Assembly (NCBI GenBank): GCA_035084275.1
Contig: CM068746.1
Span: forward strand, 18,786,001 to 18,850,000
Length of the DNA: 64,000 nt
Direction of reading: 5' to 3'
From: Hydrolagus colliei
Lineage: Eukaryota
The notes beneath the pieces are model-generated. The model made no database searches, was not told the origin of the DNA, and saw only the letters and a list, made by a program, of their open reading frames with translations. This document shows positions 12,684-23,630 of this stretch, in pieces. Within the stretch, counting starts at the first letter, position 1. Each line of letters opens with the position of its first letter. The position numbers and the translations under genes were made by a program.

Positions 12684-13042
12684 ATGCAAGAAAAAATAGG
12701 TAAATTTCAGCTGAGCAAATAATATCAGAGCTAATATGTTGTTATGTAGTTTGTTATGAATGTAACCTATTATTTTTGTTGTACATTTTCCAATTATGTG
12801 TTGTAGCTTTCAGCAAAAAAAAACCTTGGGATAGATGAATAATCAAATAAATCAACAGCAAAGGTTGAAGCATATACAAAGATCATGTTAGAATGCCTAA
12901 AACTATTTATTTTGATGTTGGTAATCCGCATTGTGGCAAAGGTCTAGCCACGTAAATCTTTTTCATGTCAGATACAATGTCAATATACTCCTTACTCATA
13001 TAGGATCCTTACTCATCTATACAGTATATGCTCCTTACTTAC

Positions 13043-13189
13043 CAAGGCAATCATAGAGACCTTGACTGATCCAAGCTAATATGGAAAGAGTAAGGAGATC
13101 TCCCACGCTCCCTGCGACAGGAGTGGAAACATTATCTGGATTGATTCCAGTCTTCTTTGATCCAACAATAACCCCAACCATGATTATAC
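13043..13189 (-). CDS. SLC41A2: SLC41A2-like exon 5 ([48 protein letters not shown])
   Basis: 147 nt, TAG|/|GTAAGT, phase 1/1; carries the P(D/A)X4PX6D motif ([14 protein letters not shown]) with the Mg2+-site Asp. Confidence 0.95.
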
Positions 13190-15006
13190 CTAAGAGCAGA
13201 CAAGAAACAAAAAGGAAATCAAATTCGTTCATCACCTCCGTTCACTTGCACAAGTGTGACTCAACCGTGATTTAGAGGAGAGCAGCAATTCCAGAGTTAC
13301 CATTTAATGCTGTTATTATAGACTCATTCACTGTGCTTTCAAGTACATTATCGATAAGAAGAATGAGATTCGGGGCTTATTTTCAAATAATGTTTATTAT
13401 GCACTAAAAATGATTGCAGTGCCCAAGAATTCTAAGAGCGCGTAAAGGAATATTTAAGCAGAATTTATGCTGCATTTACACTAATGAGTTGCTTTATTGC
13501 CAGCGTGATAGCAAAGTGTAATGAGAAGACTGGCATTCGCATGTCACATCAAATCACAGTTGAAATAAACGGAACACCTGGACATATGTCACAAGTACAT
13601 CAAACCCAAACCAGCTATTTATTTTCCAATGTTATTACACAATCTGTTCAAAGTTCCCGGGACTGTTGAGACATCAGAGGAAGCAGATCCCAGTGCAGTT
13701 CACATCCAACATGTGTAACACGGATTGTCCAAAGCCTTAGGACGTCCTCTCGACGTGAAAGACACTAAACACATGCAATTTTGTTGTTTGTTGTTGTAGT
13801 GTATACATACTGCAATCTCAATCCACTTCCTACGGGTTTGTTCAGCAGCACAGCTCTAGTGCAATGTGTCCTCCCAGTACATGTTTGCTAGTTAATCACT
13901 ATCACATTGTCTCTGATTTATCACCAAATGAAACAGTAGAAGTGCAACATTAGACACATTCTCATAGCATTGGCCAAAGTTGAATGTTAATAATTTAATG
14001 TTGATCAGCATTCATTTTAAACGGGTGTTGAATATAGTGACTCCAGCTGCTGATCGCAAGTGGGTCACACTGACATACAGGAACCTTGCTCCAATACTGT
14101 GGGTCAATATGGGCCTCTACCAGCTATCAGCACAGCCACTTCTGTTATGAAGGTCAGTAAACCGCAATACAGTAATAACTACTTTATTCCTCATGTCATT
14201 CTTCCATTGTGCCTCATGCATTTAGTGTTCATGCAATCAGTGTTGTTGTGTGAGTGCTCAACTTGGGGCACAATTTCCGGAGTAAAAACGAAATTTTGCT
14301 CTAATTTCCTGCTCTTACCCAGCACTAGAAAGAGAATTCCTCACTATCACACTGAACTCTGTTTAAAAGCCCATCTACAAATTGACCAAGTTTTCTGATT
14401 GATGTTGTGGGCAAAACATTCAAGTGTACAATCTCAACAATCAGGGCAATCTTACTAAATATTTACAAATACTGAAAATACTTATAACCTACTGAAGGAT
14501 AACACCACAAACCACTTGATCACCTGTATCAATGCCAACTGAATGCTAAGAGGTATTCCTGTTGTGTAGCTCGCTCTAGTGTACTGTAGAGTACAACAAC
14601 AACAATAACAAAATTACTTTTATAGAACGTCTTTCACATCGGGAGCATGTCCCAAGGCAGTGAAACGTACATGAAAGTACATGCAAAAGTACATCTCTGG
14701 TTCGGGTCCAGACCTGACTGTTCAGCACCTTGGGACGTCCTCCCGACGTGAAAGGCGCTCTATAAATGTAATTTTGTTGTTATTAAATATTCCTTACTTT
14801 TTTATGATCAAATCAAGTGGAACAGAAATCATATCAGGCAAAACGTGATGTGATCACATTTATCCCACTCCCTTTCCATCATACCATGTGGTTTAAATAG
14901 AATGCATCTCATTGATTGCTACACCCAGCATATCACATTGTGTATGTTAGGCCAACTTTAAAACATTAGCAACACGTTATGTTAAAAGCAGAATGGTCAC
15001 TCTTAC

Positions 15007-15151
15007 CCTGTGCGAGAGAGGCTATAAAACCGGTAGCCACACTACTGGAACACAAAAGCACTGCGTGGTTCATGCGGAAATGGCCCTCGGGAATCCAGCC
15101 CAGCACAACGGCAGCTACAGCAGCCAGGAATCCCACCACTGTTGCTTGCAT
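15007..15151 (-). CDS. SLC41A2: SLC41A2-like exon 4 ([49 protein letters not shown])
   Basis: 145 nt, CAG| acceptor, |GTAAG donor, phase 0/1; QATVVGFLA and GWIPEG are typical of SLC41A2. Confidence 0.95.
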
Positions 15152-15319
15152 CTGAGTCATTTATAAAAGATGTTAAAAAATACATATCAGACGCAAAATG
15201 AATTAATAAAGGAGTCAATGGAGTTAATTGTCACCACATTATTAGTGTTAATGAGCAGCAATGAAAGCAAAGCTAATAAAAATTTGTGCAAAAAAAAATC
15301 AACTTACAACTCTTTAAAT

Positions 15320-15648
15320 TCATCCTGTAGCTCAGTGGTTAGATCACTTACCTTACAAGCATGAGACCTGAGTTTCGAATCCAGGCAGGTCACAGAGAAA
15401 ACTTGTGCAAGTTTCCTTACTCCACAAACACGCACATGCCTAATAATACTAATTCCTCAAAAAAACTATAATAAATTGGTAATTTCAATCAACGACTGTT
15501 TGTGGGACACTGCTGTGTGCAATTGGCTGCCGTGTTTCGCCCACAAATACACAGTCAATTCACTTTACAATACATTCTGTGAAGTGCTTTGAGATGTCTA
15601 TAAAATGTGAAAAGTGCTATATTAAATGCAAGGATTATTATTATTATT
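15320..15648 (+). mobile_element. SINE S1, near full length
   Basis: TCCTGTAGCTCAGTGGTTAGA (A box)...GTTTCGAATCC (B box)...(ATT)n tail. Confidence 0.9.
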
Positions 15649-15725
15649 GTGTTAAAACTGCACAGGTACAAAACAGAACTTCAAGATCACAGCAATAGGC
15701 TGGGGTAAATAGTAAAAACAAAAAC

Positions 15726-15880
15726 ATCACTGGAAACACTAGCCAGTCGGGCAACGTCTATGCAGAAAGGAAAGTGAGTCGAAAGTGAGCGAGTTTGACT
15801 CACTTTCCTTTCTCCATAGATGCTGCCTGAACTGCTGAGTGTTCCCAGTGATTTCCAGCATCTGCAGTTTTTGCGCTTTG
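15726..15880 (+). mobile_element. Penelope-like pLTR 3' remnant with an inverted duplicate
   Basis: TCTCCATAGATGCTGCCTGAACTGCTGAG...TTTCCAGCATCTGCAGTTTTT resembles a common chondrichthyan Penelope-type repeat end (recalled); preceded by its own reverse complement. Confidence 0.55.
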
Positions 15881-15999
15881 GGATAAACATTAACTATACA
15901 TGTCAGTGACTGGCCACGTTCAATGCATGCTATTTATACTAATCTGGAAATGTCCTTTCCTTGAACTTTGACAATAATGAGCTAAAGTAAAGATCTTTT

Positions 16000-16230
16000 A
16001 AAAATAGTCTGTCCAGCGAGCCTATAGCATGCAACTTAGCCCAATCCTCCCCACACCGGCAGCAGTCAACAACCAACAACTACACAGCGAGGCTCCGACC
16101 CTTCACAACCTGCCAAATACCTGCGATAAAACTATACTCTCTATGCTACAGACACACAATTAACCCCAGCTTGAGCTCCACTGTCGACAAAAACGATCAG
16201 CTAGATGCACTAAAACACATCAGGCTCAGG
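16000..16230 (+). mobile_element. Old LINE (L2-like) reverse-transcriptase remnant
   Basis: LSPIL and LYATDTQL (degenerate YADDTQL) readable on the plus strand. Confidence 0.4.
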
Positions 16231-16395
16231 TGCTGAGTTGGACGAATCTCTGCCCCCAATGACTGTACTGATGAGCCAAGTTGGCTGGGGTATCATCACC
16301 AGCGAACTGAAGTACCTTGGGCTAAGCATTGGTTCAGGTACCACACACTGGAGAATTGAATGGTTAAAGTATACTTGAAGTGGGAATTTTCTCAC

Positions 16396-16467
16396 CTGCT
16401 TCAGGGCCATGTTGCAAGCTATTAGTTTCCACTGTTCCTTGGCAGAATCCATTTTCCCAATATTTAC
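16396..16467 (-). CDS. SLC41A2: SLC41A2-like exon 3 (VNIGKMDSAKEQWKLIACNMALKQ)
   Basis: 72 nt, AG/GTGAG boundaries, phase 0/0; matches SLC41A2 VNIGKMDS...NLALKQ. Confidence 0.93.
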
Positions 16468-16524
16468 CTGTTAGCATAAAGGAGTCATGTGTTAATTAGA
16501 TACTGTACAAGCAGCACTGCTATT

Positions 16525-16880
16525 GTGGAATCCTGTAGCTCAGAGACTAGAGGATTCACCTCACAAGCAAGAGACTTGGGTTTGATTCCCAGTAGGGCAG
16601 AATATTGGCACGTTCCCTTACTCCACAAGTCTCTGTTTACCTAACAATAAGTAGGAACCCGGTTGTTTGTCGATTGGCGGATCGCTTTTCTGGGCGTAAT
16701 AATCTCTCAAAAAAACAATAATAATATAATTTTGTCACTTAATCCTTGACTGTTTGTGGGACACTGCTGTGCATTTCACAAAATATTCAGTCAATCCACT
16801 TTACAGTATATTCTGTGAAGCATTTTGAGACGTGATAAGGCACTACAGTGTATCAAATGTGAGGATGACGATAAGAATAA
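16525..16880 (+). mobile_element. SINE S1, full length, long subfamily
   Basis: Carries the extra CTCTGTTTACCTAACAATAAGTAGGAACCCGGTTGTTTGTCGATTG segment. Confidence 0.9.
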
Positions 16881-17344
16881 GCCACTGATCAATATTTACA
16901 GAACACGGGAAGTGCATCTTATATACTAGATTTCAAGGTATTTTGAAGGCCAGATCCTTGGGACGTCCTTCCAATGTGAAAGGCGCTGTACAAATGTAAT
17001 TTTGTTGTTATTAGCTGCCAAAAATAAATGGGCATGATTCCCAGGCATGGTGAAACCTTAGGCCACTTTCTTTACTGCACATGTCTTTACTTAGTAAGTA
17101 AAATTAATAAGCAAGTTTCTTTGTATACATTCTGCTGTAAAAGCAGGAAACAGATAAAGGTGAATCTTTGAGCTGAATCCTTTCAAAAGACAGCATTCAA
17201 TAACTACCTTTACCAAACTTGAATATAAACACAAATAAGTTCAGATATTGTGATTTAAGGCAAGAATGTGACAAAATGCATTTAACATAACAGATTGAGC
17301 AATGTGTAAGCGTCTTGTTGTGCTGATTGCCACAAAGCAAATTA

Positions 17345-17640
17345 TACATAATCCTTGCATTTGATATAGCACTTTACACGTCTTCTAGATGTCTCAAAGC
17401 GCTTCACAAAATATACTGTAACGTGAATTGACTGTATACTTGTGGGCGAAACATGACAGATAATTGCGTACAGCAGTGTTTCACAAACAGTCGTGGATTG
17501 AAATGACCAATTTGTTTTGAGGGATTATTATTAGGCATGTGGGGTAAGGAAATTTGCCCATGGTTCCACTCTGCCTGGAATTGAACCCAGGTCTCTTTCT
17601 TACAAGGCGAGTGCACTAACCATTGAGCTCCAGGACTCCA
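17345..17640 (-). mobile_element. SINE S1, full length, short subfamily
   Basis: Complete head-body-tail on the minus strand. Confidence 0.9.
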
Positions 17641-18489
17641 GGAATGAAACAAGCATGTAAAAAATCTACGGGCAGCTTTCAGAAACGCGGAGCCGCATGC
17701 TTAGATGAACAAAACATGTTCCAAATGGAAAATGTTCCACAGAAACTTATGGCTTGACAGTAATAACATTTGCTGCATGCGATTATAATGTATACACTCC
17801 CAGCCTTTCTATAGAAGCAATCCAACTAACATATCTGCATCTGGGCCTAAGAAAAAGCCAAATGGAAACATGCCAGCAGGCAATGGGTTAGAACCAGATC
17901 TATTGTCATTGGCATTACTTTATAGACTTTCAGTGTAACTAATGCCCTGTTTATACTGGCTGCTGGAAGTGAAGCAAAATCATTTTCAGTAATAAAGCAA
18001 TTAGGATTGGAAAGTCTATACTGCCGCATTGACTCAGGACAAAGGTGAGTTTGAATATGCAGAACTAAGCTGGTGTGTGGAGCTCCAGTAATGGGTGTGT
18101 TTCTGAACCTCCTTAAAGAGTTAAAGCCTGAAATTTCACCAGCCTGTAAGACCATTATGCCTTACCAATTATGATCATTGCTGCATTGTGGAAAATTCTG
18201 TCTTAATTTGGCAGCTATTTTCTGCAATTCACAAGGGTAGTCAAACTCTCACTTGGGATGTAATGGACCCCAACCACTGTAAGATGAGGCTGCACTGTAT
18301 TGTGTTAATGACTGGACTTTACTATACATGATGTTTGTTCAAGAACATTGATGACAGTCGTTTTCAGGTAGTCAAATAGATCATTCTGAATCTTTTATTG
18401 ATCTGGCTGTGTTTCAGTAACAAACGGTGGATGGGTAGTGGGGGGTGGTGGGGGGTGAAATGGCAAAGGTCCCATAAATGTGTAAATTT

Positions 18490-18830
18490 GACAAGGTATT
18501 TCCCGTGTCGGGACTGTGAGGTCACAGGCTCGGCTGACACTCCAGTGCACAGCTGGGCAAGCGCTGCTTGTTAAACCAAGGTCCTATCTGCCAGCTCTGG
18601 TTGATATTAAAGTTCCCACGGCACTATTCGGAAAGAGAAGGAAGTTTCCAAAATATTTTTTTAAACGCTCATCCATTCCCCGACGGTTGGCAGGATACTA
18701 CAGTGCACAAAATGACTGCTACTGACTGCCACTGCATTTAAAGTACACTTTCCAAAACGTTTTTGTTCTGAGAATTCACGCTATGAGACATTTCATCACG
18801 ATAAGGGGCTAAATGAAATACAAGGTTTAT
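18490..18830 (+). mobile_element. Older DeuSINE (AmnSINE1/SacSINE1-like) copy
   Basis: TTAAACCAAGGTCC...ATTAAAGTTCCCACGGCACTATTCG resembles the Deu central domain (TTAAACCGAGGTCC...ATTAAAGATCCCATGGCACT). Similar degenerate copies at ~5370-5580, 6900-7150, 21700-22070, 28600-28830 and 46440-46790. Confidence 0.6.
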
Positions 18831-19384
18831 CAGATATTATTTTGAAGTATGTTAAACACAGTGGGAGTAACTGATACACAGTGCTGATACAGTCCATCCA
18901 GCCCACCGGCTGATTTCAAGTGAAATTTAGTGCTTCCTTTGAAATGCCTTATAACATTATGTTTCAAGAGCATTTAGATTTTTCAGTTCAAATCATTTAG
19001 GATAATAATGGTAATAATCGGTGCATTTGGTATAGCGCCTTATCACATCTTCGAGACGTCTCAAGAATATATACTATAATATATGCAAGGCTGTAGATAT
19101 TTCATATTTTCCATTGCTCCCTCCATAACCACTAAATGTTATGTAATCTTTCTGGAAGGGAAACACAAAAATATTGCTTATGCAGCCCACAGACAATTTC
19201 TCAACTAGGACATCTGGCCTTCAAATGTTGGATCCACCCTGGCCTAGACAGAGAGAAATGAAGGCTTACTAGTATTTCAATGAAATGTTCAAACATTGCA
19301 ATGCTGCATTGTTAGCGGTGTGCTAACACTATATCCACTTTAACAGGAAGGCCAGGATCACGAGGAAGTTGAGTGAACATTAGT

Positions 19385-19731
19385 AATAATCATATAATAA
19401 TCCTTGCACTTCACGTCCTCTAGATATCTCAAAGCACTTCACAGATTATACTGTAAAGTGAATCGACTGTACATTTGTGGGTAAAACGCGACAGCCAATT
19501 ACGCACAGCGGTGTCCCATAAACAGTCGTGGATAGAGTGACCAAGTTATTCTGTTTTTTTTAGAGATTATTATCCCCGGGAAATCGACTAACAACCAGGT
19601 TACTACTTAATGCTAGGTAAACAGAGGCATGTGGAGTAAAGAAACTTGCCCAGCCTTTTGCTCTGTCAGGAATAGAATTTAGGTTGCTTGCTTGAGAGGC
19701 AAGTGCTCTAACCTGAGCTACAAGACTCCAC
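19385..19731 (-). mobile_element. SINE S1, full length, long subfamily
   Basis: Complete, with the extra central segment. Confidence 0.9.
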
Positions 19732-20615
19732 AGAATATTTGGAAAAAGCACCTGATACTAAATCCATAACAGTTGCCACAAAAGGAAATTAGGAAACAAA
19801 TTCACACAAGATCAAAAAAGATATTTGCTTGGTAATCTGATCACGAAATGCTACCCCGCATATATGTGCGATATAAATGCAAGTTCTCGTCTTATTACAG
19901 TTTCTAGCACTCCTTGTCAGGTCATTTAGTTTTTATTTATGACCTTAATGACAGAGCACTTGGTTTTATTAGAAACATTTACTATGCGGGTGTGCACACA
20001 TACTTCCGGGATTGTATAAACATGTTGCGTGTGAGCTACCACCTGCTTGTCCACTGACGTGTGGAGGCAATCTTGCTTAATAGTGCTTAATAGTTCATTC
20101 GTTCAGAGCTGAATGAGCAACATAATACACTGTTATATGAGCACTCTTTTAAATTTGCAAATGATCACTTTTTCATGTAGATGTGGCATGGAATTATGCC
20201 ATACCTAAGCTTAAAAATGTCTTGGTTGCATGTGTTCACTTGTTCTAATTTAGCTGAAAGAATGGACACTTCTAATTCACTTCGGAGTTTTGTTTTATTT
20301 GGGGGAGAAAATGAAACATCTACAGCAGTGCTTGGATTGTCCTAAATGATTTAAACTGAAAAACGCAAATGCTCTTGTTGAAAGGAAGTACAGTACTAAA
20401 TTTCACTTGTTTTTCATAGCGAATCACACAAATGAACACAGGCTCCAAACAACAGAGAGGAAATAGGTTTCATTCCACAGCAAGTCCATACTTCACAAAG
20501 CAGAACATAAGCATCAACAAAATAATAATAATGATACTCAGCTAGCAATGGATCAGGATCACGTTTGAAACTTAAAGAGAAATTTGTCAGAATTCTGTGT
20601 GTCAAGGTGACTTAC

Positions 20616-20723
20616 TGCAGTGGAAAGTCTGGATGCCAAGGTCATTTCTAGGTTTCCTTTGAGGCCAAGAAGTGCTGGAACAAGAATGAAAACATCTGTG
20701 ATATTTTCAAACACTGTCCAATG
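20616..20723 (-). CDS. SLC41A2: SLC41A2-like exon 2 ([36 protein letters not shown])
   Basis: 108 nt, CAG| acceptor and |GTAAG donor, phase 0/0; contains SLC41/MgtE PX6GN motif PALLGLKGN. Not in the ORF track; translated by hand. Confidence 0.95.
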
Positions 20724-21214
20724 CTGGAGAAAAATAAAAACAAGGCAATGATGTATTTTTGCAGCCGTTCACATTTGCACCTGAATTTAAGCTAATGCAT
20801 TTTGCAGAAATTAACATAATCATGAATCTGGAATCACCAAACACATATAATGTCAGATAGTAGGTTAACATACACACATGTATACATATATATTAGATGA
20901 TTGGGATATAATATTAATCAAAAAATTCATCTTTTGTTAATAAAATAAATGCAATAATAAAGCCGAATTAAAGTCCCACTTACTGAACTGCACAAAGTTT
21001 GAACACCAAAAATAAGGGCCCATTGTAACTATTTCTATCTCATTTGCTTTTTACTCTTTCATCATAATAGCCTCTCTGTAATACTCACTGGAGAAAGTAA
21101 TGAGTCTTCCTCTCTCAGGTGCACCTGCCTTTCTTTCCACATGATGTTCAATCTCATCTGCTAGTAATTTTTGATAGTATTGAATGAAGCAAGAAAAAGT
21201 ACTTAGTGGCCCGG

Positions 21215-21452
21215 TGACTTTCACGCTTGCATTTTCATGCAGAGTTGTTCATATATGGAATGCATTGCCTGAAAGAGTGGTGAAAGCCAATTCGATACTT
21301 TTAAGAGAGAAGTAGATAGTTATTTGGGGAGGACAGGTTTACAGGGCTTTGGGGAGAGAGTGGGAATGGTTTTGACAGCTCTTTTCAAAGAGCTAGCACA
21401 GAGACAATGGACCAAATGGCCTCCTTCTGTGCTGTATAATTCTATGATTTCT
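21215..21452 (+). mobile_element. CR1 LINE 3' end
   Basis: RVVHIWNALPERVVKA-type ORF2 end, then GGACCAAATGGCCTCCTTCTGTGCTGTATAATTCTATGATT CR1 tail. Confidence 0.8.
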
Positions 21453-22327
21453 ACGTCAAATTTCCAGTAGTCAAGCACCAGCAATGAATCTAGCTACAAA
21501 ACAATTTTTTTTAAAAATCTTCTAACCATTGTTCTCCAAGGTTATAGTCACCTCTGTTACCAGTCATAGCAACCTGTTTCTTAAGCATAATATTACACAC
21601 ACACTCTCCTCAGTATACACATCTATGGTATGTCTCTTTGACTTAGTTGATAGCACACTTGCTTCTCATTTTTCAGGTGGTGGATCCAAGCCACATCCGA
21701 GAATATGACCTTGTATATTGACTGACACTTTAGTGCAGTATTGTATATTGGGAGTAGTGAATCATTGGAGGTTCCAACCTCCAGATGAGATGTTAATCTG
21801 CCTGCTCTGGTGGTACAGATTATAGGTAAAGATTCCAAGGCACTATTTCAAAGAGGAATAACAGGGAGTTCTCCATTGATCCCCCAAATGAACTGGGAAA
21901 ATACATCAATTCATCATTCCGACTTGTGAAATACTGCTGACGCAGATTAACTACTGCACTCGTCTACTGAACAATTGCCACGGCCTTTCAAAGAACTCAT
22001 TGTGTGAAGTACTTTGAGTCACTTCCACGTGATAAGTATTTGATGCATTAAACCCAAGTTGTGGTTTTATTAGTTAGCTCTCATTCTCTTTACATCCTTT
22101 GTACACTCTTTCTCCATTAAGGAGAAACCACTTAATAAAAAACCTATGGTGATTTAATCTAGTTGCATAAACCTTTGAAGAGCAAGATTACGAATATGGA
22201 GAAAAAAACACAGGGGATTGGGTTTAGCATTGTTAGCTCCAATGTGTGTGTGATCTAGCACCTGTTTAGGCTCGTTGGACCGAATAGCCATCTACTATGT
22301 AGTGTAGTCATGTTGTGGCAGCTATGT

Positions 22328-22618
22328 TGTGGAGTCCTGTAGCTCGGTGGTTCGAGCACTCGTCTTACAAGCGAGAGACCTGGGTTCAATTCCAGGTAGG
22401 GTGAAACTTTGGCCAAGTTCCCTTACTCCACATGCCTAATAATAATCCATCAAAAAAAAATTGGTCCCACGACTGTTTGTGGTACACTGCTGTGCGCAAT
22501 TGGCTGCCGTGTTTCACCACATATATGCAGTGAATTCACTTTACAGTAGCGCTGTAAGACGTCTAGAAGATGTGAAAAACGCTATATCAAATGTAAGGAT
22601 CATTATTATTATTATTAC
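22328..22618 (+). mobile_element. SINE S1, full length
   Basis: GTGGAGTCCTGTAGCTCGGTGGTTCGAGCACTCGTCTTACAAGCGAGAGACCTGGGTTCAATTCC head; (ATT)n tail. Confidence 0.92.
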
Positions 22619-22907
22619 TATCTCGTCAATTCAAAGATTCTTAATTTAGGATAAAGAGCCTGGGAAACAACCACCTTTGTGTTGACCACTGTGTTCCTTA
22701 ACATGGGTATTCTGTTTAAAGGTGACAAAGTGTCTCACGTTGCACACAAAAAAACACTGTTTCATGCGCACACACAAAAAATGTTCATTCGAAGACAAGG
22801 AAAACATGTCATCTTCAGGTTACAACTTTTCAGGTTTGGCAGTCGCAGAGATGCACAACACATAAGTCTGTGGGTTAAATTAACCGATTTAAAAGCTATG
22901 GTATAAT

Positions 22908-23148
22908 AATAATCATCATCCGGATTGATTTGAGATAGTGCCTTTCATGTCTTTTAGACATCTCAAAGTGCATCACAGAATATAATGTGAAGTGAATTGA
23001 CAAGCAACCTGGATTCCTACTTATGGCTACTTAAACAGAGGCATGTAGAGACAGGAAACTTGCCCAACAGTTGGCCCAGCTGGGAATAGAACCCAGATCT
23101 CTCGCTTGTGGGGCGAGTGCTCTAACCACTGAGCAATAGGACTCCACT
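22908..23148 (-). mobile_element. SINE S1, long subfamily, internally deleted
   Basis: Tail and head present; Deu-like body largely missing. Confidence 0.8.
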
Positions 23149-23434
23149 ATGAATCTTTACTATCCAAAACTAGTAACCGTAAGCATTTGGATATATTAGT
23201 ATTGGTTTATAAATAGTATTAATACCCCTGAAACATTGACTTTTCCTGCACAGAAAGAAGACGCGGTGGCTAATAATGGTAAGCAAACAAATGTGTGATA
23301 AATTGCTAGGGTAGGGAGAAGGAGAGGGGGAAGATTTATTACTAGTTGAAAAAGAAGCCATGGGGCTCAACAAGACTAAATATGTCAATGGACAGCTCTG
23401 CCATCTAACCAACAAACAACATACTACACATCTA

Positions 23435-23630
23435 CGAATCATTAAAGGTAGCAGGGCAGCTAGATAAGGCAGTAAAAAAGGCATTTGGTGTACTGAGCTT
23501 TATTAGTAGGGGCATAGAGTTTAAGAGGAGGGAGGTTATGGTTAATCTATACAAAACACTGGTTAGGCCTCAACTGGAGTACTGCATCCAGTTCTGGGCA
23601 CCTTACTTCAGGAAGGACATAGAAATCATA
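23435..23630 (+). mobile_element. CR1 LINE ORF2 fragment
   Basis: LYKTLVRPQLEYCIQFWAPYFRKDI is the classic CR1 ORF2 motif. Confidence 0.9.

Noticed and set aside
16265-16290. Hammerhead ribozyme (CTGATGAG-CCAAGTTGG stem)
   Set aside because: No GAAA follows the putative stem II (TGGGG instead), and no stems I/III.
22328-22400. tRNA-Val gene
   Set aside because: It is the tRNA-derived head of a SINE: no proper acceptor stem, continues into the SINE body, and recurs in many degenerate copies.
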